62,912 nucleotides of DNA, filler included, from an uncultured Ignavibacteriales bacterium (GCA_964611355.1; 3 parts of 3 records of this genome joined end to end with filler, not necessarily neighbours in it), one strand, 5' to 3'; positions 9,534-19,900 are shown, counted from the whole stretch's first letter. Notes: a model not told the origin generated them from the letters alone. A program made the numbers and translations.

Positions 9534-9557
9534 TCGGCGGGCTTTCCCGCCCGCCGA
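9534..9557 (-). terminator. Intrinsic terminator after the S9 peptidase
   Basis: TCGGCGGGC-6 nt-GCCCGCCGA, followed on the minus strand by TTTAATTTT. Confidence 0.65.
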
Positions 9558-9613
9558 CAATAACATGAAACTACATAGACCCGCCCATCGGAAACGAGCA
9601 GTCCGTACTACCG

Positions 9614-11605
9614 CTACTTCATTATGTGCATCATCGTAAATACGTAATTGCTGGCCAGGTCATGAATCAATTGAGCCTTGAATGAACTGCCGTGACCCTG
9701 CTTGGTTTCTTCATAATACCAGACCGGCTTGCCCAACTTGGCAAGAACATACACGAAGCGTCTTGGATCCGACGGCGGCACGCGCGGATCATTGAACCCA
9801 CCCGTTACAAGAATCGGCTTGTTAGCATTCTCGGCATAGAAGATCGGGGCCAGTTTTCGCACCAGATCGCTGCCGACAGGGCCATACTCCTTCTCCCATC
9901 CTTTGGCGAATACCTGCGATGAGTTCTTATTGGTGTGGTCGATATCGGACACACCCACCTCGGAAACTACGCAGGCGATCTTTTCGGGACACTTGGTTGC
10001 CAGCCAATTGACGGTGTAACCGCCGTATGACGCACCCCAGATAGCAATCTTCTCAGGCCTTGACCAGCCTTCGTTGATAAGATAATCAATCGCGCCCTCG
10101 GCATCTTTGAGAGCCGCGAAGCGCCCTTCGAGATTATCGGCCTGTTCATACGCGGGCCCGTATCCGGTGGAACCCCGGACATTGGGCCGCATGAAAATAA
10201 ACCCCTTGTTCAAGGCAAAAGCCATATTGCGCTGGAAGTACGGCCGGCTCTGCCCGGGAGGGCCGCCATGATAATCAATAATGGCCGGAGTATTGCCGTC
10301 TTTTTTTGCGGTTGGCGGAATATAAATCAACGAGGGGATTTCCGTACCGTCCTCGGACCGATAGTGTATGATATCGACTTTTATGTCGGAAAAATCGAAG
10401 CCGAAGGTGGAGATAGTTCCGATTCGCTCGACCGTTGTCTGGCCTGTGTGTGACTTGAATGCCGTAGGGGCGGTTTTGGGTGAAGAAAAACCGTAAACAA
10501 TGTCACCCAAATCATTGCCCGACAGATCGGAAACAATGCCGATCTCCGATTCGGGAACGATAATGCTTTTGCCGTTAAGGTCAAAGGCGGCCAATTTCGA
10601 ATATCCATCTTCGTTGAGCGAAACGACGCCTATCCCCTTTTTCTTTATGAACAAAAACTCATCGGTTTCCTTCTTTGGGTCGTATATGACTTTGAATTTT
10701 TTCGGCTTGGCCGGATCCATTATGCAGACTTTCATAAACTCGTCGTCTTTTGATTTTTCCGATGTCAGAGCAATGATTTTACCTTCTTCAGTGAACCCTG
10801 CCGCCCAAAACAGACTGGTGTCGGACAAATCAGTAACCTCATTCGTACTTACATCATATAATGCAAGTTGGCCTTCGGAAAACGAAAACCACCGAATGAA
10901 AGAAATTTTGCCCTTATGATAATCGGTCGAATAAAATGCACCCGGTTCGGTATAGAGAGTATCCAGTTTGCCCGTCGATATGGTATATCTTCCTATATGC
11001 ATTTCCTTTCTGTTGTCGATATAGAGGTAAAACTGGTCGGGGTTGTCTTCGTTGAAGATAATACCCGAATATCGTACCGAACGGTTTTCGAGAAGGTTGC
11101 GGAATTGACCGTCACGGGAGAAATACCAGATGTCATGCATCTCATCCCCGAATTTATTGACTTGCACAAGAATGTAATCCCCCGATGGGTGAACGGAATA
11201 ACCGCTGATGGTAAAACCCTCCTCCGCCCAGCTATTGGGCGTAAGCTGTGTCGGCCAGCCCATAGGATTGTCCGTATAAAAAAGGACCTGGCTCTCTCCG
11301 GTAATACGCATCTGGAAATAAATCCGGCCGGTGTTATCGATCTGTAGGCCGCCAAGGAAATCAATCCCGAGTAAAAATGACAGGTCCTTGACCGTCGGCG
11401 CCCAAAAATCGGATGACTCCAGCATCTGGGTAGTGATCGCATTGGCGCTGTCAATATATGACAATATCCTGGCCGTATCAGTTGTTACCCAGGGATCGAC
11501 TTCTTCCAGTAACGCATCCACCTTGCCCGCTTCCTGCGCGGTTGCCATAGAACACGCAAATGCCAGAAGTGAAATCATGATTGCAGAAATTCTAAAAATC
11601 ATCAT
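9614..11605 (-). CDS. Secreted S9 family serine peptidase (prolyl oligopeptidase / acylaminoacyl-peptidase-like)
   Basis: Signal peptide, beta-propeller region, YHGGP, NVRGSTGYG, GASYGG nucleophile, NDPRV and GHG. Confidence 0.9.
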   Translation of the reverse strand: MMIFRISAIMISLLAFACSMATAQEAGKVDALLEEVDPWVTTDTARILSYIDSANAITTQMLESSDFWAPTVKDLSFLLGIDFLGGLQIDNTGRIYFQMRITGESQVLFYTDNPMGWPTQLTPNSWAEEGFTISGYSVHPSGDYILVQVNKFGDEMHDIWYFSRDGQFRNLLENRSVRYSGIIFNEDNPDQFYLYIDNRKEMHIGRYTISTGKLDTLYTEPGAFYSTDYHKGKISFIRWFSFSEGQLALYDVSTNEVTDLSDTSLFWAAGFTEEGKIIALTSEKSKDDEFMKVCIMDPAKPKKFKVIYDPKKETDEFLFIKKKGIGVVSLNEDGYSKLAAFDLNGKSIIVPESEIGIVSDLSGNDLGDIVYGFSSPKTAPTAFKSHTGQTTVERIGTISTFGFDFSDIKVDIIHYRSEDGTEIPSLIYIPPTAKKDGNTPAIIDYHGGPPGQSRPYFQRNMAFALNKGFIFMRPNVRGSTGYGPAYEQADNLEGRFAALKDAEGAIDYLINEGWSRPEKIAIWGASYGGYTVNWLATKCPEKIACVVSEVGVSDIDHTNKNSSQVFAKGWEKEYGPVGSDLVRKLAPIFYAENANKPILVTGGFNDPRVPPSDPRRFVYVLAKLGKPVWYYEETKQGHGSSFKAQLIHDLASNYVFTMMHIMK

Positions 11606-12037
11606 ACCTCCCGCGTAGGGTTTTTATGTATATTTATCGCTTACGATATTTCCTGCGACAAGTTTCTCCCTAAAATGTATCATATCCCTTTTGCAGGGAC
11701 AATCCCGGCTGAGCATTATTGTTTTCGCCATACTCCTGATGCACAGACAAACTCCTGTTTATTCGAATAGCCATAATTAATCATTCTTTACCTGACAAAT
11801 CAATAACGAAATCCAACCAACGGCTGAAAGCCCGACGTACAATTCGGCTCAATAACAACCTAACATATTGTTACACAACATATAACCGTATCCGGACAAC
11901 AATGATTTCACAGCCGGAGCGAAGGTAACTGCAAAGCAGGTAAATCATAGACGATCAGCGCCGTGTCGGCTGTATAGAAAGGTCGGTTTCCCAATCGCAT
12001 GCGCTACGATGGGCAGGTCTAAGATCAGGCTCACGAA

Positions 12038-12313
12038 TTATTCAGACGTTTCCGCCTTCTTCGAAGTTGAGCCGACAATCCTGTTATAGAGCCATGCGAA
12101 TATGGCTCCGCCGATTAAACCGTCAACAAAGCCGTAGAGCAGGCCGATGACACTTCCCAGCGGACTGATATCATAGCCACGATAAATGTGGCCAATGCCC
12201 ATCAAATCTCCTGTTGCTCCTTCGAAGATGATTACCCACCAGGTAACGAACAGAAGGCAAAACCCCCATAATAGGCCGCACGCCAGAGCGAAAGCCTTCA
12301 CGTTAAATTTCAC
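12038..12313 (-). CDS. Small two-TM membrane protein (family often auto-annotated as bacteriophage holin)
   Basis: GGAGG SD before GTG 12313; pattern KFNVKAFALACGLLWG...YRGY..SPLGSVIG...FVDG..GGAIFAWLYN. Confidence 0.65.
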   Translation of the reverse strand: MKFNVKAFALACGLLWGFCLLFVTWWVIIFEGATGDLMGIGHIYRGYDISPLGSVIGLLYGFVDGLIGGAIFAWLYNRIVGSTSKKAETSE

Positions 12314-12344
12314 ACTTACCTCCCTGTATCTTTTCAATTCCCTT

Positions 12345-12871
12345 TTAAGGTTCTGATTTCTCCTCCGGCGGCTCGTCACACCCCACCAGCGGCTCCGGCC
12401 CGTTTTTGAACACGTAATTGACTAAATAAACCGCGTCGCCGAGGTTTACATAACAGTCGCCATTAACATCACCGATTTTGAACGGATCAGGAGCCGGGCC
12501 GTCGTTGAATACAAGATTTATAAGAAAGACAGCGTCCCCGAGATTGACTGAATTATCCGCATTCGCATCGCCCAAAACCCACGTCAGGAAGTCCGGGACA
12601 TTATCGCACTCAGTTTCATTGCCCTTTGTGTCGATTGCCATGACTTTCCACCAGTAATGCGTGCCATAGTCAAGTGCCGGCACGGGGAGGCTGGTTTGAT
12701 ATATGCTATCGTACGTCGCCACGAAAGTAAATTCAGAATCTATCGAGACATATAGCCTGTAATAGACTGAATCGAATGGGTCTGGATCGTTCGATGCCGC
12801 CCACCAAAACATCTCAGGAAAATTATAGACCTGCGACCAGCCGGTGTCGGGTGGGAAGGTCAGGTTGAAGG
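12345..12871 (-). CDS. C-terminal part of a secreted protein with an FN3-like domain and a double-repeat dockerin (5' end lost at the contig end)
   Basis: Frame is open to the N gap; YWWKVMAID; two GD.N.D..VNLGDAV.L.N.VF..GP.P repeats. Confidence 0.8.
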
Positions 12872-12971
12872 NNNNNNNNNNNNNNNNNNNNNNNNNNNNN
12901 NNNNNNNNNNNNNNNTTAATTAATTAANNNNNNNNNNNNNNNNNNNNNNNNNNNNNNNNNNNNNNNNNNNN
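12872..12971. other. Artificial contig-joining linker
   Basis: 44 N + TTAATTAATTAA (stops in all six frames) + 44 N. Confidence 0.97.
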
Positions 12972-12972
12972 C

Positions 12973-13272
12973 GACGATTGCGCCAGGATTTCCGGATTGT
13001 TGGGAACGGCACTCGACATAACAGATTTTATGGATGACGGATATATACTTGAAATATCTTCGCCGGGTGTCGATCGGCCGTTTCGAAGCGAGGTCGATTT
13101 CAGGCGAAGAATCGGTCGAAACGTCAGGATTGATCTTATTGCAGACGGTTACGAAAAGACAATACAGGGAATCCTGACCAAAGTGAACAACGAAGCCCTC
13201 ATGCTGTCAGGGAAAGAGGGCACGATTGAGGTTGCTCTGGCGAATATTCGCCAGGGCAGGGAAATAATTTAG
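12973..13272 (+). CDS. rimP: Ribosome maturation factor RimP (5' truncated)
   Basis: DDCARIS...YILEISSPGVDRP, directly upstream of nusA. Confidence 0.92.
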   Translation, partial: DDCARISGLLGTALDITDFMDDGYILEISSPGVDRPFRSEVDFRRRIGRNVRIDLIADGYEKTIQGILTKVNNEALMLSGKEGTIEVALANIRQGREII

Positions 13273-13287
13273 GCGGAGAAGATTCGG

Positions 13288-14724
13288 ATGGGTTTTGATG
13301 CGCTGGAAGCGATGACGCTTATCGCCCGTGAAAAGAATATCGATATGGACCTGGTTCTGGAGACGGTTGAAGCAGGTCTCCTTGCTGCGGCAAGAAAGAA
13401 ATACGGTTATATCGACAATCTGTCGTTCAAGTTCGAACCCAAGGAAGGTGACCTGACCATGATTTCGCTGCGTACCGTGGTTGACAGGGTTGCGGATCCG
13501 GTCGTCGAAATATCGCTCAAAGAAGCGCTCGAGCTTGATCCTGAGGCGGAGCTTGATGATCAGATGGAAATTTTTATTGATCCGGTCGAGGAATTCGGCC
13601 GCAATGCTATTGCTTCGGCCAAGCAGATACTGATTCAACGTATCAGGGAAGCCGAAAGGGATCGTATCTACGATGAATATATCACCCGGGTGGGACAGTT
13701 GATTTCCGGATCAGTGCAGCAGATTGACAAAGGCAACGTAATCGTCAATCTTGGCCGGGCTGAGGCCATTCTGCCGGCGCGCGAGCAGATTTCCCGTGAA
13801 AAGTACCGCCAGGGCGATCGCATTCGGGCCATCATAATCGACGTGCAAAAATCGATGAAAGGTCCCCAGATTGTTCTTTCCCGGGCCAGCACCGATTTCA
13901 TAACGCGCTTGTTCGAGCTTGAGGTGCCGGAGATATTTGAAAAGATTATCGAGATCAGATCGATTGCCCGCGAGCCTGGCGAACGCACCAAGCTGGCGGT
14001 GTATTCGAACGACCAGCGAATCGATCCGGTCGGCGCCTGCGTTGGTATCAAGGGTGTACGGGTTCAGTCGATCGTCCGCGAGCTCAATAACGAAAGAATC
14101 GATATTGTCGCTTTTTCCTCCAATCCGGAATTGTTTGTTACGCGGGCATTGGCTCCGGCCAAAGTCGTCACCATCGATACTTTTATTGAAGAAAAGGCCA
14201 TGACGGTGGCGGTGGAGGATGATAAGCTCTCGCTGGCTATTGGCAAAGGCGGACAAAACGCCCGACTGGCATCTCGTCTGACCGGCTGGAAAATCAATAT
14301 CACGTCCGAATCGGAGTACAATGAAATAAAACGCAGCGAAGCCGAAATGATGGTGCCGATCGGGAAACTAAGCGGCGTGGGCGACGTGCTTGAGGAGCGG
14401 CTGGTGGAGGCGGATATCAATACCGTTCAGGACCTCGCCGATATGGATATCGAGAAACTGATCCAAATCGAAGGCATCGGCGAGAAATCCGCGCAACGGC
14501 TTGTCGAACGGGCAAGAGAATATATGGACAAGGTCGAGGAAAAACGCCGTCAGGAGGCTGAAGCGACCATGGAGGAAAAGGCCGAATCGGAAGAGCACGA
14601 GATGGATGAAGATGAAGAAGTCGAGCCTCCTGAATCTGATATCGCAGACAATGAGTCCGAAGGTGAAACACCGGTTGAAGAGGACGATAAAACCCGGTCG
14701 GATGACCAAGAGAAATTGGCGTGA
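13288..14724 (+). CDS. nusA: Transcription termination/antitermination factor NusA
   Basis: S1 and KH domains (AREPGERTK, DPVGACVG, AIGKGGQNARLA), HhH repeats and an acidic tail. Confidence 0.97.
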   Translation: MGFDALEAMTLIAREKNIDMDLVLETVEAGLLAAARKKYGYIDNLSFKFEPKEGDLTMISLRTVVDRVADPVVEISLKEALELDPEAELDDQMEIFIDPVEEFGRNAIASAKQILIQRIREAERDRIYDEYITRVGQLISGSVQQIDKGNVIVNLGRAEAILPAREQISREKYRQGDRIRAIIIDVQKSMKGPQIVLSRASTDFITRLFELEVPEIFEKIIEIRSIAREPGERTKLAVYSNDQRIDPVGACVGIKGVRVQSIVRELNNERIDIVAFSSNPELFVTRALAPAKVVTIDTFIEEKAMTVAVEDDKLSLAIGKGGQNARLASRLTGWKINITSESEYNEIKRSEAEMMVPIGKLSGVGDVLEERLVEADINTVQDLADMDIEKLIQIEGIGEKSAQRLVERAREYMDKVEEKRRQEAEATMEEKAESEEHEMDEDEEVEPPESDIADNESEGETPVEEDDKTRSDDQEKLA

Positions 14725-14783
14725 ACCGTTTATGCAGGCTCGAGGATTTGGCGGTATAACAGAAAACCGCTTGGAGGAGTACA

Positions 14784-17360
14784 TTGGATAAGAAACCAAC
14801 AAAAACGCGTATTTACGATATCGCCAAAGAATACAAAATATCCAGTGATGCTCTGTTAAAGGTCCTGCGAGGTCTTGGATTTTCAGCCAAGTCGCATATG
14901 TCTGTGGCCTCCGAAGATATGCTTGAAGCTATCGCGGAAAAATTCAGGCGAGAGATTGAAGAGGTCAAAAAAGACAATGAGGCGCGGAAGCAGAAACTGC
15001 TGGAACTGGAAACCATAAAGCGCCGTGAAGAGGCCGAAAAATCGGCTCTTAGAAGAAAAGCCGAGGCTATAGCCAGGAAAAAGAAAGCCCTGGCCGAAAA
15101 GATAGCCAGGGAACGGGCGGCTCTGGAACTGGCCAAACAAAAAGAAGAGGTTGCCAAAACCCGTTTAACGAAAGTTACGAAGAAAGAGGAAAAACCCAGA
15201 GAGACTCGTCCCGCTATTAAGGCGGGTGAACCTAAGGCAGGTGAACTTAAGGCGGAGATAAAGAAGCCTCCGGGGAAAAAGGTTGCGAGGGAAGCTGCCG
15301 GGCGGGAAGAGGTTTCCGAGAAATCCGGAAGCATTCCCAAAACATCCGATCGCGGTGAAGTCCCTGTTTCGGTTAAGCGCGGCGGGGTTAAAACGAAGGT
15401 AAAAGAGCTTCCAGATCGAAAGCCGGCCCCCGGCAAACGCATGCCGCCCCGGAGACGAAGAAAACGTGATCGCAATAGAGTCAAGCCGGCCCACGGGGTT
15501 GACAAGGCGGCCGTTAAGCTGTCGTTCAAGCAAACCATGGCGACGCTGGACGGGATCAAAAAACATAAAAAGATCCGGAAACACGGGCCCGGTGAGGAAG
15601 AGATCGACGAGGGAGCTCCTGTTATTGAAGTGACCGAGTATATGACCATCTCGGAATTGGCCAAGCTGCTTGAGAAGCGTCCGGCAGAGCTGGTAGCCAA
15701 ATGTATGGAACTGGGTATGCTGGCTTCGATCAACCAGCGGCTGGACATGGATACCATTGAAATGCTGGCCGCGGAGTATGGGTATAACATTAAGATGATG
15801 GAAGAAGTCGGCGCTGTGGCCATGGAGACTGAAGACGAAATCAATCTTAAGCCCAGGCCTCCGGTAGTAACCATCATGGGACACGTTGATCATGGTAAAA
15901 CAACCCTACTGGATTTTCTGCGCCATTCAAATATCGTATCCACCGAGTCGGGTCAAATCACCCAGCATATCGGCGCTTATGTGATTCAAACCCCCGACGG
16001 CGATATTACCTTCCTTGACACTCCCGGTCATGAAGCCTTTTCCGCAATGCGTGCACGGGGCGCTCAGGTAACTGATATCGTTATTCTGGTCGTATCGGGG
16101 ACCGAAGCGGTAATGCCGCAGACGGTGGAAGCGATCGATCATGCCCGCGCCGCCAATGTTCCGATTATTGTCGCCATTAATAAAATGGATCTTCCCGGCG
16201 CCAATCCTGATACGGTGCGGCAGCAGTTGGCCAATCATAATCTCCTTGACGAAGACTGGGGCGGTAAAACCATCATGGTTGAGGTTTCGGCCAAGACAGG
16301 GACGGGCCTGGACAAGCTGTTGGAAATGATTTTACTCCAGGCCGAGATGATGGAACTGAAAGCCGATCCGGATATCAAGCCCCAGGGGACGGTTATCGAG
16401 GCTAAATTGGAAAAGGGAAGAGGCCCGGTAGCCACGGTGCTGGTACGGAAGGGAACCCTGCGGGCAGGTATTCCGTTCGTGGCCGGCAGCCATTACGGCC
16501 GGGTTCGGGCTATGATCGACGACCGTGGTAACGTGGTCCGGGAGGCCGGGCCTTCCGTCCCCGTGCAGGTTATCGGTCTTTCCGGTGTTCCTTTTGCCGG
16601 CGACCCGTTCATGGTGACGATTAACGAGGCTGAGGCACGCAGCATTTCCTTTAAGCGGCATCAAATCAAGCGTGAATATGAAATCAGGAGAATCGCTCCG
16701 ACTACGCTTGAATCGATTTACCAAAAAATTAAAGACGGCCAGATCTCTGACCTGAATATCATAATCAAGGGCGACGTGGCCGGTTCAGTAGAAGCTCTAA
16801 GTGATATTTTGAGTAATATCGGCAACGAAGAAGTGCGCTGCAAAATCATCCATTCCGGCGTCGGGGCCATAAACGAATCGGACGTCCTTATGGCGGCGGC
16901 GTCCGATGCCTTTATTGTCGGTTTCCATGTCACCGCCGATCCCCGAGCCCGCGAGACGGCCAACCGGGAAAAAGTCGATATCCGAACCTACTCCGTTATT
17001 TACGAAGTTAAAGAAGACATTACCAGGGCGGTGGAGGGTCTGTTAAAGCCGGAAATGGTCGAAAAGTGGGTCGGCATGGCTGAAGTCCGCCAGACTTTCC
17101 GCATTCCCCGTATAGGACTTATATGCGGTTCTTACGTTCAGCAGGGGCAAATCCGTCGGGGCGACATAGTCCGAATCAGTCGTGATGGTGTAATCGTCCA
17201 TGAAGGAGCGATCTCTTCGCTTAAACGTTTTAAGGAAGACGTCAAAGAGGTTACTTCCGGGCTTGAATGCGGTATTGGCGTTGAAGGTTTTAATGACATC
17301 AAGGTAGGCGACATGATTGAAGCGCACGAAGTAATCGCCACCGAACGGAAATTGCAGTAG
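14784..17360 (+). CDS. infB: Translation initiation factor IF-2
   Basis: Motifs RPPVVTIMGHVDHGKTT, DTPGHEAF and SLKRFKEDVKEV; TTG start with GGAGGAG SD. Confidence 0.98.
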   Translation: MDKKPTKTRIYDIAKEYKISSDALLKVLRGLGFSAKSHMSVASEDMLEAIAEKFRREIEEVKKDNEARKQKLLELETIKRREEAEKSALRRKAEAIARKKKALAEKIARERAALELAKQKEEVAKTRLTKVTKKEEKPRETRPAIKAGEPKAGELKAEIKKPPGKKVAREAAGREEVSEKSGSIPKTSDRGEVPVSVKRGGVKTKVKELPDRKPAPGKRMPPRRRRKRDRNRVKPAHGVDKAAVKLSFKQTMATLDGIKKHKKIRKHGPGEEEIDEGAPVIEVTEYMTISELAKLLEKRPAELVAKCMELGMLASINQRLDMDTIEMLAAEYGYNIKMMEEVGAVAMETEDEINLKPRPPVVTIMGHVDHGKTTLLDFLRHSNIVSTESGQITQHIGAYVIQTPDGDITFLDTPGHEAFSAMRARGAQVTDIVILVVSGTEAVMPQTVEAIDHARAANVPIIVAINKMDLPGANPDTVRQQLANHNLLDEDWGGKTIMVEVSAKTGTGLDKLLEMILLQAEMMELKADPDIKPQGTVIEAKLEKGRGPVATVLVRKGTLRAGIPFVAGSHYGRVRAMIDDRGNVVREAGPSVPVQVIGLSGVPFAGDPFMVTINEAEARSISFKRHQIKREYEIRRIAPTTLESIYQKIKDGQISDLNIIIKGDVAGSVEALSDILSNIGNEEVRCKIIHSGVGAINESDVLMAAASDAFIVGFHVTADPRARETANREKVDIRTYSVIYEVKEDITRAVEGLLKPEMVEKWVGMAEVRQTFRIPRIGLICGSYVQQGQIRRGDIVRISRDGVIVHEGAISSLKRFKEDVKEVTSGLECGIGVEGFNDIKVGDMIEAHEVIATERKLQ

Positions 17361-17362
17361 CC

Positions 17363-17644
17363 GTGATAGTAGGCAGGTTGAATCTGATATTGAATATTCC
17401 CGCGGCCCGATCTTTGAAGGATAAACGCCGTGTCGTCAAATCGTTGATAACCCGTATCCAGAACCGGCACAACGCCTCGGTCGCGGAAGTGGGCGACAAC
17501 GACAAGTGGCAGACGGTGCGCCTGGGTGCGGCGGTCGTATCCAACCGCGGGGATCATGTCAACAGCCAGCTCTCTTCCATTGTAAAGATGGTGGAGCGCG
17601 AACGGGATATTTTTGTCGTTGACTATGAGATTGAAATAGGATGA
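17363..17644 (+). CDS. DUF503 (YlxP) family protein
   Basis: Motifs SLKDKRRVVKS and SVAEVGDNDKWQ; usual position between infB and rbfA. Confidence 0.88.
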   Translation: MIVGRLNLILNIPAARSLKDKRRVVKSLITRIQNRHNASVAEVGDNDKWQTVRLGAAVVSNRGDHVNSQLSSIVKMVERERDIFVVDYEIEIG

Positions 17645-18981
17645 TGAAATCGTTCAAGCGTTCACACAGGATTGCCGACCAGATCAAACGCGACGCTTCG
17701 GAGGTAATCTCGGACATGCTGCGGGACAGGAATGACTTGATGATAACCGTCAGCGGAGTCGAGGTGACTAACGATCTCAAATACGCCAAGATATTCTACA
17801 CCGTCCTGGGTGATAATGCCGACAAGCTGGAACGGTCCGAAAGCTTCTTTAAAAAATCGACAGGATATATCCGGGGGGAGATCGCTCGCCGTCTGCGTAT
17901 CCGCAAGGCGCCGGAGATATCTCTCCATTATGATAAATCCCTGGTTGAAGGGCTACGCATTGCCGGTCTCATCGATAAGGTTGCATCAGATAGAATGATA
18001 AACGAAATAAGACGAGAAATAATTGATGTGCTCCTGAACTCCAAGCATGTCCTTTTGGCCGGGCACAAGGATCCGGACGGTGATTCGCTTGGTTCGCAGT
18101 TAGGATTAGCCGGCTTTCTACGGAATCAAAACGTGGCTTATAAAATTATCAATGAAGGAACCGTCCCGGATAAATATAAGTTTTTACCGGGTGTAGACGA
18201 GTTTCTTGACATCAATGATGTCTCCGATACCGGGGACCGGTTTGATACCGCCGTGGCCCTTGAATGCTCTAATCTTGAAAGGATGGGTGAAGTAGGTCGG
18301 CTTATCGACAAGGAATGCACTATAATAAACATTGATCACCACCAGGACAACATTCCGTTTGGCCATATAAACATGAAAATCCCCGAGGCTTCAGCGGTCG
18401 GCGAGATGATCTATGACCTGCTCAGGCAAGGGGCGTTTTCAATCGACAGGGATATGGCTATCAACCTTTATACGGCTATACTTACTGATACGGGGCGTTT
18501 CCATTTCAACAATACGACTTCTCACAGTTTGCGTACAGCCGCTGATTTGCTCGAATGCGGGGCTGATCCGGTTCAGATAACCGAAGAGGTTTATTATCGG
18601 GAAACACCGGCCCGGATGCTTCTTACCGGAATGGTCTTATCCGGAATGGAATATCTCTTTGACAACCGTTTGTGCGTTATGACCATCGACCGGGAAATGA
18701 TGGAAAGGATCAGCGCCGATAAAAGTGATACTGAGGGAATAGTCAACTATTCGCTGAGCGCCGCCGGCGTTGAGGTAGGAGCGCTGTTCAGCGAGATCGC
18801 CTCTGATGTAACCAAAGTATCACTTCGTTCGCAGGACCTCGTGGACGTCGCCGAAATTGCCGCTCATTACGGCGGCGGCGGACATTACAATGCTTCGGGA
18901 TTCATCCTGAGGGAATCGCTGAAGGAAGCCAAGGAAACCGTGATCGGATACCTCAAGGACAGGCTCAATGGATCGGTATAA
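17641..18981 (+). CDS. rbfA: Fusion of ribosome-binding factor A (aa ~1-118) with a DHH/DHHA1 phosphoesterase (NrnA-like)
   Basis: RbfA motifs VEVTNDLKYAKIF and LRIRKAPEISLHYD, then in frame HKDPDGDSLGS, NIDHH, TDTGRF and GGGGH. Confidence 0.88.
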   Translation: MMKSFKRSHRIADQIKRDASEVISDMLRDRNDLMITVSGVEVTNDLKYAKIFYTVLGDNADKLERSESFFKKSTGYIRGEIARRLRIRKAPEISLHYDKSLVEGLRIAGLIDKVASDRMINEIRREIIDVLLNSKHVLLAGHKDPDGDSLGSQLGLAGFLRNQNVAYKIINEGTVPDKYKFLPGVDEFLDINDVSDTGDRFDTAVALECSNLERMGEVGRLIDKECTIINIDHHQDNIPFGHINMKIPEASAVGEMIYDLLRQGAFSIDRDMAINLYTAILTDTGRFHFNNTTSHSLRTAADLLECGADPVQITEEVYYRETPARMLLTGMVLSGMEYLFDNRLCVMTIDREMMERISADKSDTEGIVNYSLSAAGVEVGALFSEIASDVTKVSLRSQDLVDVAEIAAHYGGGGHYNASGFILRESLKEAKETVIGYLKDRLNGSV

Positions 18982-19900
18982 CGGAATATTGCCCGTAAAC
19001 AAAGACCCCGGCATGACCAGCCATGACGTTATCAATCGCCTGCGCCGGATAACCGGTCAGAAAAAGATAGGCCATACCGGCACTCTCGATCCCCAGGCGA
19101 CCGGTCTGCTTTTGACCTGCTTCGGACGAGCCACCAAACTGAGTCAGTTCCTGACCGGGTGGGACAAGCTTTACCTGGCTGAAATAACGCTCGGCGCCGT
19201 TTCCGATACGTTTGATGGAAACGGTAAAATAGAAGAAAAAAGTACTGTCCCGCATTTGACCGAGGTTGAACTACAGGACTTATTGAAACGTTTTACCGGC
19301 CGTATTTCGCAGAAGGTGCCCGCTTATTCGGCGGTCAAGGTCGGCGGCCGGGCCTTATACAAGCAGGCCCGTGAGGGGCTGGAAACCGATAGGCCGGAAC
19401 GTGAGGTTGAGATCAGATCGATTGATATTATTTCGATTGATACACCGCGCCTGACACTCAGGGTTCATTGTTCCAAGGGTACCTATATTCGCAGCCTGGC
19501 TGATGATATCGGCCATGAGATCGGATGCGGCGGTTACCTGTCGGCTCTCGAAAGACAAAGCGTAGGACGGTTTAATATCGAAACGGCCCTGACTCTGGAC
19601 GATGTTGCGGCTCGTTGGGACGCTGGCAGTTTCGCCGCCGCGATGTTGCCGATCGAAAAAGCGCTTGATTTCCCGACAATAAACGTTCGCAACCGGAGGG
19701 CGGAAACCATCAAAGACGGAATTAATCTGTCAGGTGCGGATATTATGGCCCGGGACAGGGATTTTCGCAGGGGTGATCTTATCAGTATAGCCAATGAGCG
19801 GGGCGATATTCTGGCCATTGGAAAATCAAAATGTGATGCCTCAAGGCTGAACGTAAACGGAACCGGAGACTTCTTTTCCTATGTGAGGGTGCTGGTCTGA
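18968..19900 (+). CDS. truB: tRNA pseudouridine(55) synthase
   Basis: Motifs KIGHTGTLDPQATG, PAYSAVKVGG and CSKGTYIRSLA; C-terminal PUA domain. Confidence 0.97.
   Translation: MDRYNGILPVNKDPGMTSHDVINRLRRITGQKKIGHTGTLDPQATGLLLTCFGRATKLSQFLTGWDKLYLAEITLGAVSDTFDGNGKIEEKSTVPHLTEVELQDLLKRFTGRISQKVPAYSAVKVGGRALYKQAREGLETDRPEREVEIRSIDIISIDTPRLTLRVHCSKGTYIRSLADDIGHEIGCGGYLSALERQSVGRFNIETALTLDDVAARWDAGSFAAAMLPIEKALDFPTINVRNRRAETIKDGINLSGADIMARDRDFRRGDLISIANERGDILAIGKSKCDASRLNVNGTGDFFSYVRVLV

Noticed and set aside
12038..12313. Holin-like gene as a prophage marker
   Set aside because: No endolysin, integrase or structural phage genes are nearby; this small membrane family also occurs outside prophages.
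12916..12927. TTAATTAATTAA palindrome (also at 30944-30955)
   Set aside because: It is centred in identical N runs, so it is an artificial six-frame-stop linker. Adjacency across these joins is not evidence of biological linkage.
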